From assembly GCA_046052005.1 (NCBI GenBank), contig JBJONC010000002.1:7018-71017 (forward strand): 64,000 nucleotides of DNA, written 5' to 3'. Origin of the DNA: Actinomycetota bacterium. Lineage in GTDB: Bacteria > Actinomycetota > Actinomycetes > Nanopelagicales > Nanopelagicaceae. Position numbers and translations under genes: made by a program. Positions 1 to 8,716 of the stretch are shown here, one piece after another. The notes beneath the pieces were generated by a model that saw only the letters and a program-made list of their open reading frames with translations, was not told the DNA's origin and ran no database searches. The first letter of the stretch is position 1, and each line of letters starts with the position of its first letter.

Positions 1-297
1 TTTACCAACACCTGGTTCTCCAGCAAGCAAAATCGCAGCTCCTGGTACTAATCCGCCACCTAAAACTCGATCTAATTCAGTTACTCCCGTTGCGCGTGCA
101 TGTGCTGCAGAAAGATCTACATCTCCAATTGGAGTTGCTTTTGCGGTTACATTTCCAGCAACAAGAGATAGTTTCTTTGGCGCAGCGATCTCTTCAACTG
201 AGCCCCATGCTTGGCATTCACCGCAGCGACCAACCCATTTTTGGGATGTCCAGCCACACTCAGTGCAGCGGAATGGATCTTTTTCAACCTTGGCCAT
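1..297 (-). CDS. radA: DNA repair protein RadA/Sms, N-terminal part (runs off window start)
   Basis: Manual translation MAKVEKDPFRCTECGWTSQKWVGRCGECQAWGSVEE (C4 zinc finger) through AILLAGEPGVGK (Walker A); not in ORF track because truncated. Confidence 0.95.
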   Translation of the reverse strand, partial: MAKVEKDPFRCTECGWTSQKWVGRCGECQAWGSVEEIAAPKKLSLVAGNVTAKATPIGDVDLSAAHARATGVTELDRVLGGGLVPGAAILLAGEPGVGK

Positions 298-323
298 GAG
301 ATAACCCTATGACAAGGGGCTGA

Positions 324-1136
324 CTATTTCTTCTGGGCAGCCAATGTCGCTGGATGCTGAATGATAAATAGCGGCAGGTTGCGCGCAGCCGAGTCACGAA
401 TGTGTTGCATTCGGACATCACACAAGCGTGCAAGCTCGGCGTATGCTTCTTTGCCCATCAATAGCTCAAGTTCATACTTGTTAGAGACATAAACAGGCTC
501 TGTTCCAACATGAGCATCGCTATTGCTGGTGCAGTACCAATCAAAATCTTCGCCGCCATCGCCCCATGCAAGGCGCTCATACTCGCCAATAACGGTTACC
601 GAGTATTCACGCTCGCCGTATTCGCGCGTTTCAAAGCTGCGACGTAGCGGCAACTGCCAGCAAACATCAGGCTTTGTATCTGCAAAGTGCTTACCGTCGC
701 GCTGTGCAACGTGGTGAAGGACGCAACCAAATGATCCTGTGAAGCCTTCTGCTTCATAACCTTTTCGGTTTAAGAAAATGCAACCATCTTCAACGCGACG
801 AGTTTTGCGATCGCCGTCTTCATCTTTTTCTGAGATTCGTAGAGCGCCACCAGGCTTCTTTGGACGAGCCTCACCATAGAACTGCCACATCTCAGGCGTC
901 AGATATGCGGCAGCTTTCATTGTGCGCTCTTCATCAGCCTCATCGGTGTACATCGCACCTTCGGTGCAACACCCTGAATTTGGCTGATTCTTAAAGACAC
1001 CTTGGCAACCATCGCCGTAGATACAAGTCCAATATGAAGTTAACCAAGTGAGATCGCACTTAAAGATTGTCTCTGCATCATTGGGATCAAAGAATTCAAC
1101 CCAATCACGCGCAAATCCTGCTTTAACTTCTGACAT
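324..1136 (-). CDS. Conserved actinobacterial Cys-rich hypothetical protein (DUF3109-like, putative metal/Fe-S binding)
   Basis: CxxxxxCxG, GCC, GCVLH and KPDVCWQLP motifs; start moved to ATG 1136, which follows a TAGGCT -10-like hexamer. Confidence 0.7.
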   Translation of the reverse strand: MSEVKAGFARDWVEFFDPNDAETIFKCDLTWLTSYWTCIYGDGCQGVFKNQPNSGCCTEGAMYTDEADEERTMKAAAYLTPEMWQFYGEARPKKPGGALRISEKDEDGDRKTRRVEDGCIFLNRKGYEAEGFTGSFGCVLHHVAQRDGKHFADTKPDVCWQLPLRRSFETREYGEREYSVTVIGEYERLAWGDGGEDFDWYCTSNSDAHVGTEPVYVSNKYELELLMGKEAYAELARLCDVRMQHIRDSAARNLPLFIIQHPATLAAQKK

Positions 1137-1175
1137 AGTCGCAGAGCCTACAGGCATAAAGGCTAGACTTCACAC

Positions 1176-1979
1176 ATGAATCAGCAATCAAAGGTTGCCG
1201 TTATCGGTGCCGGTGTAATGGGTGAAGCCCTGATCGCCGCTTTGATTTCATCTGGTGTTAAACCTGATTGCATTACTATCTCTGAAAAGCGAGAAGAGCG
1301 TGCACAAGAGCTGATCGCAAAGTATTCAATTAATGAAGCACCACTAACCGCCAATGTTGCCAATGCTGATGCGCTGTTATTGGTTGTAAAGCCTCAAGAT
1401 ATGGCAGCGGTCCTAGAAGAGATCAACGCAACGATTAATCCAAGCGCGGTAGTCATTACCTTTGCTGCCGGAAAGACAATCTCATTTATCAGTACTGGTT
1501 TAGGAACTAACAACCCAGTCGTTCGCGTCATGCCAAATACACCAACTTTGGTGGGAGAAGGTATGGCTGCAGCATCGATGGGTGCAGGAGTGACCCCTGC
1601 ACAACGCGACTTTGTTCTTGGTTTCCTTGGTGCAACCGGCAAGGTCATCGAAGTCAATGAAGAGCTGCAGGATGCGGTTACCGCAACAAGTGGCTCGGGG
1701 CCTGCTTACTTTTTTGCATTTGTTGAAGCGATGATTGCTGGTGCAAAAGAACTTGGGTTATCAGATCAGGATGCAACAACGTTAACAATTCAAACAATTG
1801 TTGGCGCGGCAAAGTTATTAGATGAGTCAGGTAAGAGCGCAACAACTTTGCGTGAAAATGTAACTAGTCCCAACGGAACAACCGCTGCAGCTTTAGCATC
1901 TTTCGGTAATGACAACATGAATGAAATGGTTGCCAAAGCGATGAAGGCGGCCCGCGATCGTTCGCAGGAATTAGCGTGA
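1176..1979 (+). CDS. proC: Pyrroline-5-carboxylate reductase
   Basis: GAGVMG Rossmann motif, RVMPNTP, SGSGPAY, VTSPNGTT. Confidence 0.97.
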   Translation: MNQQSKVAVIGAGVMGEALIAALISSGVKPDCITISEKREERAQELIAKYSINEAPLTANVANADALLLVVKPQDMAAVLEEINATINPSAVVITFAAGKTISFISTGLGTNNPVVRVMPNTPTLVGEGMAAASMGAGVTPAQRDFVLGFLGATGKVIEVNEELQDAVTATSGSGPAYFFAFVEAMIAGAKELGLSDQDATTLTIQTIVGAAKLLDESGKSATTLRENVTSPNGTTAAALASFGNDNMNEMVAKAMKAARDRSQELA

Positions 1980-3166
1980 AACGCTTACTTTCCTTCGCTG
2001 TAATTGCTTCACTGTTAATTGTTCCATCTGCTCATTCAGCGCCAAAAAAGCTTGCAGTTAAACCACTTCAGCTTGTAACAACAGTAGGCACTCCTGATGA
2101 GGTCAGCGGAGTTGTGAACTCCGGCAAATCTTTAATTGTTTTTGGTAGTAAGGCATCAAAGTCCTATGCACGAGCAGTTGATACAGCAGGCAGAGAGCTA
2201 TGGAACCTTTCCTTAGATCAATCTGCAGCCTCTATCGCTACCGCTGCAGTGGTTGATTCTGCGGGGGATATTTGGATTGCAGGTGCGACTCCAATGGCGA
2301 TGGGATTAATCCCTCCAAGCCCTGCTGCAACTCCGGTCAATCCAGATAATGCAACCGCTCCCGTTACCAATGCCATTGGAAACCTACAAGCGATAACTAT
2401 TTGGAAAGTCACGGCTGCTGGCGTTCTTACATTTACAAATACCTTGCCGACAAGTTTTGTGGTTCTGCCGACCGCGATATCTGTGGATCGAAACGGCGCA
2501 TCAGTTGTCGGAATTCTTGGAAATGAGAAAGGCAACGCAGCCTTTCTGGTCAACGCTGACAAAGCTGGTGTCTTCGGAAAGCTCACACAAATTGGTTCTG
2601 TATCAACGACAGCTGATGCAGTTATCCGCCACGCAGATGGAAGTTTTACAGTTGCAGGTTCAAGTAGCGAAACCCTTGCAGGCAAGAAGGTTGCTGGCAT
2701 TACCGATGGCGTGCTGATTAAGATTTCTAAGCTCTTAAAGATCACAAATGTGGTCCGCAGCTCTGCAGCAAAAGGTAAGCGTATTTGGAATAGCGCGACT
2801 TCCACATTGTTATTGGGGGGAGAAGTTGTTGCCGCTGGCAAAACAGAAACTGCGGTAACAAAGTTTTCATCATCTTTTGTTCCAACGTGGACCTATCGCT
2901 TTGCATCTACTGGACCTGCGATAACCGTGGGATCAACATATGCAGCTTTTATTTCAACAGCTTCAACACCTCAATTGAATTGGAACCCAAAGGCGCCAAC
3001 TCCGTTGATTCTGACCTTTGATTCAAAGGGCACCATCACAGCCGCCGACAGTGGTCCAGCAGGGCAGAGAGAAGTGCTGGGAGCCCTGGTTTCGAAGGAG
3101 TTAGGGGTTTTGGTGGTCACCTCAAGCGCAGAAACGGTTTCGATTTTTACCCTCATTCCGCGGTAA
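1976..3166 (+). CDS. Secreted hypothetical protein, beta-rich
   Basis: 396 aa ORF overlapping the proC stop (GTGA); N-terminal signal peptide with AHS-A cleavage-like site. Confidence 0.7.
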   Translation: MKRLLSFAVIASLLIVPSAHSAPKKLAVKPLQLVTTVGTPDEVSGVVNSGKSLIVFGSKASKSYARAVDTAGRELWNLSLDQSAASIATAAVVDSAGDIWIAGATPMAMGLIPPSPAATPVNPDNATAPVTNAIGNLQAITIWKVTAAGVLTFTNTLPTSFVVLPTAISVDRNGASVVGILGNEKGNAAFLVNADKAGVFGKLTQIGSVSTTADAVIRHADGSFTVAGSSSETLAGKKVAGITDGVLIKISKLLKITNVVRSSAAKGKRIWNSATSTLLLGGEVVAAGKTETAVTKFSSSFVPTWTYRFASTGPAITVGSTYAAFISTASTPQLNWNPKAPTPLILTFDSKGTITAADSGPAGQREVLGALVSKELGVLVVTSSAETVSIFTLIPR

Positions 3167-3216
3167 CCTAAACCCCCGCACACACAGTGCGTACATTAGA
3201 AATGAGAGCGTGACAT

Positions 3217-3315
3217 ATGGGTTCCGTAATTAAGAAGCGACGCAAGCGCATGGCGAAGAAGAAGCATAAGAAGCTTCTAAAGAAGACTCGCATTCAGCGC
3301 CGTAACGCTAAGTAA
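3217..3315 (+). CDS. 30S ribosomal protein bS22 (AURKAIP1/COX24-domain basic peptide, 32 aa)
   Basis: Manual translation [32 protein letters not shown]; below ORF-track cutoff; usual actinobacterial position near proC. Confidence 0.93.
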   Translation: MGSVIKKRRKRMAKKKHKKLLKKTRIQRRNAK

Positions 3316-3319
3316 TAAA

Positions 3320-5695
3320 TTACGGTTTAAGAAGTGCAAGCTTTCCATTAATAGTGGCAAGCACATATTTAACTTTGTTTACAGTCACCCAAGTGCTCTG
3401 AGTAGGTTCAGGGCCTTGGGTGCTGCTAACTAAGCGGATTGCAGATTGGCCAAGATCCTTCTTGCTTGTATCTAAAGCACACAATCTCTCTTGGCAGTTG
3501 AAAATAATTGTTTTTCCATCGGTAGCCAAATACTTACCTGGCGTTCCAAAGTTTTCTGTTGTTAAACGTGAAATCTTTGTTGAATTACTTAATGATGCCC
3601 ATCGAATCTGATTGGCCTTCGGAGCGGTTGCAGATGATGCAGCTAGCCAGGTAGCAAAGATTCCGGATGAAGTCTTCGCTAATGCAACGTCGTAACCAAA
3701 AATTAAGGCGTCATCAGTTGAGATATCGAGTGTTTGGTACTGCCATGCTGCTGGATCAATAGATGTACGTGTCGCAATTCTGATTGCGCCAGCGGTCATC
3801 TCTTTCTTTTGGTTCATAGAAACAACAGAGTCATATGCAACATAGGTAGTTGATCCATCAAAAATCGCCTGTAAGTGGAAACCAACATCACCTGTTGTAC
3901 GACCATCAGTCTTGCGATCGCCATCGACTAATTCATACTTCCATGGAGCGCCCTTAGTACGTACCGCCCCTAGTAGAACACCTTGGCTTTCATCGCGGTA
4001 AAAAACCTGTACTGCACTCGCTGAAGCTACACAGGCGTTTGCGACGCTCACATCGCTAGATGTGCGCACACGAATTGGATCTTCATAGTTATTAACTGAT
4101 GAGGCGTTTCCATCAACGGTTTCAAAGGCGAAAGCTTTGCCGTTAAAGGTTGCATATCGAAGATCCTTTTCAGTGGCATCACTGTAGAAAATATGCAGGG
4201 TCTGCTTAACTCCACTGCCGTTCACACACATACTTATTGCGCCAGAAATTGTGTCGGTCGTACGACCACCCGATCCGCCAGCACCGTCGACAGTCACCTT
4301 TTTCCACTTCTTGCCATCGTAGGTAGCAAGTTTTAAATCACCGTTCTTTGTATCGGTGTAGGCGATAGCTGGTTGACCATTGAAAGTTGTACTAGCAACG
4401 GTCTTTCCATCAGCTGCGCTATCAAAGACAGTGCTCTTCCAACCAGTTTGTGGAACAACCGCCTTTGTTACCGCGGCTTCAGATACGCCCAATGCATTCT
4501 TGGCGACGACGCTAAATGTGTAAGCAGTTCCGTTCTTAAGCCCTGTAATTAACACAGGGCTAGTAAGTGTTTTTCTCTCAGAACCTGTCTTTAGATTCTT
4601 CACAATGTACTCAGTGATCTGAGCGGTCCGAAGGTTTGCAGGTGGATCAAATGAGATCAGAGCTGATGAATCCCCAGTAAATGCTTGAGCATTACGAGGA
4701 GAAAGTGGGCGATCAGTTGCAATACCAACGGGAGGCTTACTACGTAGATCTTCCATCATTGCTAATAGCAAAGGTCCAGGCTCTTTAAAGATTTCACCCG
4801 GATCAAGGCTTGGAGTCATCACTGAATCAACTCCAGATGAAGAAAAAGTTGCTTCATCTAAATGAGAAGTCGATGAACCCGATTCGTAACGGGCCGGGGT
4901 GTACATCTTTGGCTTTACTCCGCCATTTGCCTTAACCGCATTTGCACCTGACCACACCAATGAAGTTGTAAGCGCTACACCTAACTCCTTTGAAGGAGTA
5001 GGAAGATCTGCAAGACGACGACCATCACTTGTTTGAAGGTATGCATCAAATGGAGTTGGTTGATCAAGGCTGCCTAAACCGAAGTATGGATCGTAAGCAT
5101 CATTAGACAAGAATCCGAGACCATGACCAATTTCATGGAGGAAAACAGATTGGAGATCGTATTCACTTCCGGTTGGGAGGCCATCACCACGAGTGTTCCA
5201 TGGTGCTGCGGAGTTAACCTGGATAACAATTTCAGGGTTAGCCTTATCTAAATCTTTTCCTGCAAGCGCGTTAGCTAATGCCGATGCGTACCAGAGTGAT
5301 GGATCTGGAGCTCCCGAGAACGCAGAGAAGAAACTTCCGGGACGTGCACTTCCTAGAACGCCCCAAGAGCTTGAACGTCCCCATGATGCATCAACCGAAA
5401 CAACTACAGAGGATTTAAAGTTTGCAGACCACACATCGATAGATGCCTGAACCTCTTTTTTGGCCCACTCAGGAAAGTTGTTGTACTTAACGGAAAACCT
5501 AGATTTGATTTCAAGATTCTTACTCTTACTTGGAGTTGCTTGGCTCGTGCTTGCTTCAGTGCCTGCATAAATGTGTCCCCAATTAGTTGCAGGAATCTGT
5601 TTGAAGGTTAACGCGGGTGCCGATGGAGCGGTAAGTAACCCCAGAATTAGTGCGCCAGCAAGGGCGAAAGGCCCCATTCTCTTGATGCGCATCAT
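3320..5695 (-). CDS. Secreted zinc metallopeptidase-like protein with fibronectin type III domain and repeated C-terminal beta domain
   Basis: Signal peptide; HEIGHGLGF (HExxH) plus SHLDE; FN3 signature ITGLKNGTAYTFSVVAKNALG; start ATG 5695 is 6 nt after TAGCGT. Confidence 0.8.
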   Translation of the reverse strand: MMRIKRMGPFALAGALILGLLTAPSAPALTFKQIPATNWGHIYAGTEASTSQATPSKSKNLEIKSRFSVKYNNFPEWAKKEVQASIDVWSANFKSSVVVSVDASWGRSSSWGVLGSARPGSFFSAFSGAPDPSLWYASALANALAGKDLDKANPEIVIQVNSAAPWNTRGDGLPTGSEYDLQSVFLHEIGHGLGFLSNDAYDPYFGLGSLDQPTPFDAYLQTSDGRRLADLPTPSKELGVALTTSLVWSGANAVKANGGVKPKMYTPARYESGSSTSHLDEATFSSSGVDSVMTPSLDPGEIFKEPGPLLLAMMEDLRSKPPVGIATDRPLSPRNAQAFTGDSSALISFDPPANLRTAQITEYIVKNLKTGSERKTLTSPVLITGLKNGTAYTFSVVAKNALGVSEAAVTKAVVPQTGWKSTVFDSAADGKTVASTTFNGQPAIAYTDTKNGDLKLATYDGKKWKKVTVDGAGGSGGRTTDTISGAISMCVNGSGVKQTLHIFYSDATEKDLRYATFNGKAFAFETVDGNASSVNNYEDPIRVRTSSDVSVANACVASASAVQVFYRDESQGVLLGAVRTKGAPWKYELVDGDRKTDGRTTGDVGFHLQAIFDGSTTYVAYDSVVSMNQKKEMTAGAIRIATRTSIDPAAWQYQTLDISTDDALIFGYDVALAKTSSGIFATWLAASSATAPKANQIRWASLSNSTKISRLTTENFGTPGKYLATDGKTIIFNCQERLCALDTSKKDLGQSAIRLVSSTQGPEPTQSTWVTVNKVKYVLATINGKLALLKP

Positions 5696-5789
5696 GGTCA
5701 AACGCTATCAGGGCTCACAGCGTGGTTTAAGGTCAGGGGTAGGAAATACCAATTCTCTATGCAATTTAACAGGTAGAAAGGGCTAATAA

Positions 5790-6041
5790 ATGACCATCGT
5801 GACTATTTATAGCCGAACTGGTTGCCATCTTTGTGAAGATGCATTAAAGGTTTTAGAGTCCTTGAAGGATGAGTTGAACTTTGAAATTACCGAAGTATTA
5901 ATAGATGGTGATGAAGAGCTACAAGCTTTGTATGGAGAACAAATTCCAGTTACACATATCGATGGTATCCACCATGATTATTGGCGTGTAGATCCAGAAC
6001 GTTTTAGATCTTCCCTTGAAAAACATCGTCAGCATCAATAA
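5790..6041 (+). CDS. Glutaredoxin-like protein (DUF836)
   Basis: YSRTGCHLCED CxxC motif and IPV; AGAAAGGG RBS upstream. Confidence 0.9.
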   Translation: MTIVTIYSRTGCHLCEDALKVLESLKDELNFEITEVLIDGDEELQALYGEQIPVTHIDGIHHDYWRVDPERFRSSLEKHRQHQ

Positions 6042-7653
6042 TTTTGTAAGAGTAACCCTGCTCAGCTAAGAAACGTTGACGGTTTTGTGCAAAATCTTGA
6101 TCAATAGTGTCTCGAGAAATTACAGAGTAAAACTTGGCTCCACGTCCATCAGATTTTGGACGCAAGATGCGACCTAGACGTTGCGCTTCTTCTTGACGGC
6201 TACCAAATGCTCCAGAAACCTGAATTGCAATTGTTGCATCGGGTAGATCAATAGAGAAGTTTGCAACTTTAGAAACGACCAAACACTTAATCTCACCAGT
6301 TCTAAATTGATTAAAGAGAATCTCTCGCTCCTTGATAGGGGTTTCACCCTTAATAAGAGGAGCACCTAAAACCTCTGACAACTCATCAAGTTGATCAATG
6401 TATTGACCAATCACTAAAACCTGATCCTCAGAGTGCTTTTCAACGAGAGCTTCAACTACATCGCGCTTAGTACGGGTTGTTGCACAGTTGCGATAGCGGT
6501 TTTCAGGCTCTGCAGTTGCATATGCCAAACGTTCAGTCTCAGTCAGATTAACTCGAACCTCAATACATTCTGCTGGAGCGATGTAGCCCTGAGCTTCAAT
6601 CTCTTTCCAAGGAACATCAAAACGCTTAGGACCAATAAGGGAGAAAACCTCGCCTTCCATGCCATCTTCGCGAACCAAGGTTGCTGTTAGTCCCAAACGG
6701 CGGCGTGACTGAATATCAGCGGTAAAACGGAAGATCGGTGCAGGTAGAAGGTGCACTTCATCGTAAATAATCAAACCCCAGTCATATGAATCAAAGAGAT
6801 CTAGATGGGCGTAAACGCCATTTTTTTTCTTTGTCATCACTTGGTAAGTCGCGATAGTTACAGGGCGGATTTCCTTCTTTGCACCTGAATACTCGCCGAT
6901 CTCATCTTCATTTAAGGAGGTCCGCTTCAAGAGTTCATCACGCCATTGGCGAGCTGCCACGGTGTTGGTTACCAAAATTAAAGTTGTTGCCTTTGCATGT
7001 GCCATCGCAGCTGCACCAACGATTGTCTTTCCAGCCCCACAAGGAAGCACTACAACACCTGACCCGCCATGCCAAAAACCTTCAGCTGCTAACTCTTGGT
7101 AGGGGCGGATCTTCCAATCCTTTTGTTGAAGATTAATTTCATGCGCTTGTCCATCTACATAACCTGCAAAATCTTCAGCCGGCCAACCCAGACGCAAAAG
7201 TGATTGTTTGATCTGTCCACGTTGACTTGGAAGAACACAAATAGTTTCTGCATCAATTCGTGCACCAAGCAAGGGAGCAATCTTCTTTGCGCGAATTACC
7301 TCTTCAAGAACCGCGGTATCGGTAGTTACTAAAATCAAACCATGTACTGGATCCATCTCGAGACGCAAACGTCCGTAACGAGACATTGTTTCTGCAACAT
7401 CGATAAGAATTGAATGTGGAACTGCGTAACGCGAGTACTTAATTAAAGTGTCAATTACTTGTTCTGCATCATGTCCTGCAGCACGTGCATTCCATAAACC
7501 CAGCGGTGTTAAACGATAGGTGTGAATGTGTTCAGGGGAGCGCTCTAACTCAGCGAAAGGAGCGATAGCTCGTCGACACTCAACTGACATTGGATGGTCG
7601 ATATCGAGCAGAAGCGTCTTATCGCTCTGAACAATTAGTGGACCATCACTCAT
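6004..7653 (-). CDS. DNA repair helicase XPB (Ercc3-like SF2)
   Basis: GPLIVQSDKTLLL N-terminus, LPCGAGKT, DEVH, GLTATLVRED, QRLGRILR. Confidence 0.95.
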   Translation of the reverse strand: MSDGPLIVQSDKTLLLDIDHPMSVECRRAIAPFAELERSPEHIHTYRLTPLGLWNARAAGHDAEQVIDTLIKYSRYAVPHSILIDVAETMSRYGRLRLEMDPVHGLILVTTDTAVLEEVIRAKKIAPLLGARIDAETICVLPSQRGQIKQSLLRLGWPAEDFAGYVDGQAHEINLQQKDWKIRPYQELAAEGFWHGGSGVVVLPCGAGKTIVGAAAMAHAKATTLILVTNTVAARQWRDELLKRTSLNEDEIGEYSGAKKEIRPVTIATYQVMTKKKNGVYAHLDLFDSYDWGLIIYDEVHLLPAPIFRFTADIQSRRRLGLTATLVREDGMEGEVFSLIGPKRFDVPWKEIEAQGYIAPAECIEVRVNLTETERLAYATAEPENRYRNCATTRTKRDVVEALVEKHSEDQVLVIGQYIDQLDELSEVLGAPLIKGETPIKEREILFNQFRTGEIKCLVVSKVANFSIDLPDATIAIQVSGAFGSRQEEAQRLGRILRPKSDGRGAKFYSVISRDTIDQDFAQNRQRFLAEQGYSYKIIDADDVFQGKI

Positions 7654-8707
7654 TAAGTAAATCCTTTATTAGCGCGTTCAATAGCTTGCTGCGATCTTCA
7701 AGGGTACTGATGTCTACCCATTCATGCGCGGCGTGAGCGCCATCTCCAACAGCTCCAAGGCCATCTAAGACTTGCGCGCCAGCAGCGGCAGCGAAGTTTC
7801 CATCGCTTGCTCCACCAACAGATGCATGTCCCAGAGGTGGCATTCCAAGAGCTTTTGCAACGCTTTCTGCACGCTCGTACAAAGCCATAGTTGAAGATGT
7901 TTCTAGTGGCGGACGATTGAAGCCACCAGTAATTTCATAACGAGTGTGTGGGTTTACTGGCTTCAAACCTTTAATCGCAGCATCTACACGTTGCAGGTCA
8001 GCCATTGAGAAAGAGCGGATATCAATATCAAGAACAGCTAAATCAGGAACGGTGTTGGTTGTATTGCCCGCATGCAAAGTTGTTGGCACGACAGTTGTTC
8101 CATGTTCAGGATTTTCCATCGCTGCAATCGCTAAAACAGCGTGCGCAATTTCAGTTGTTGCATTAACGCCTTTTTCAGGTTCAAGCCCAGCATGTGATGC
8201 CTTGCCGTGAATTTTGACTTGGTACATCGCGGTGCCTTTTCGCCCCGTCTTAACCTTTCCGTTAAGTGTTGCTTCTAAAACCAAAACAGCTTTTGCCTTT
8301 GCAGAAATCTCTTTGATGAAATCTTTAGTAGTTGCGCTACCGGTTTCTTCATCTGTCGTTGCAATAAGCGCTGCGCTTCCGGTAATTCCCTTCATCGCAT
8401 ACAAAGCTTGAATAAATCCTGCCTTCATATCAAAGATTCCTGGACCACGAGCAGCTGTACCTTCTACCTGCCACAGTGGTTCAAAGGATCCTTTAGGCCA
8501 GACCGTATCCAAATGCGCTAAAACAATTACCTCTGGATTAGTTGAACCCCACCAAAATACTGGGCGACCATTTACTTCGCGGATCTCTGCAGGTGTACCT
8601 AAAACTCGGGTAGCAATTTCATTTGCAAGTGCGATGACATCGCGGCATGCCTGAAGATCTTCAGTTGGAGATTCCAACTTCACTAACGCTTCGAGGTCTG
8701 CCAACAT
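7646..8707 (-). CDS. M20 family metallopeptidase (glutamate carboxypeptidase-like)
   Basis: HLDTV, GPGIFDMKAG, DEETGS, GGASDGNF, GAHAAHE. Confidence 0.9.
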   Translation of the reverse strand: MLADLEALVKLESPTEDLQACRDVIALANEIATRVLGTPAEIREVNGRPVFWWGSTNPEVIVLAHLDTVWPKGSFEPLWQVEGTAARGPGIFDMKAGFIQALYAMKGITGSAALIATTDEETGSATTKDFIKEISAKAKAVLVLEATLNGKVKTGRKGTAMYQVKIHGKASHAGLEPEKGVNATTEIAHAVLAIAAMENPEHGTTVVPTTLHAGNTTNTVPDLAVLDIDIRSFSMADLQRVDAAIKGLKPVNPHTRYEITGGFNRPPLETSSTMALYERAESVAKALGMPPLGHASVGGASDGNFAAAAGAQVLDGLGAVGDGAHAAHEWVDISTLEDRSKLLNALIKDLLNE

Positions 8708-8716
8708 GGGATAAGT

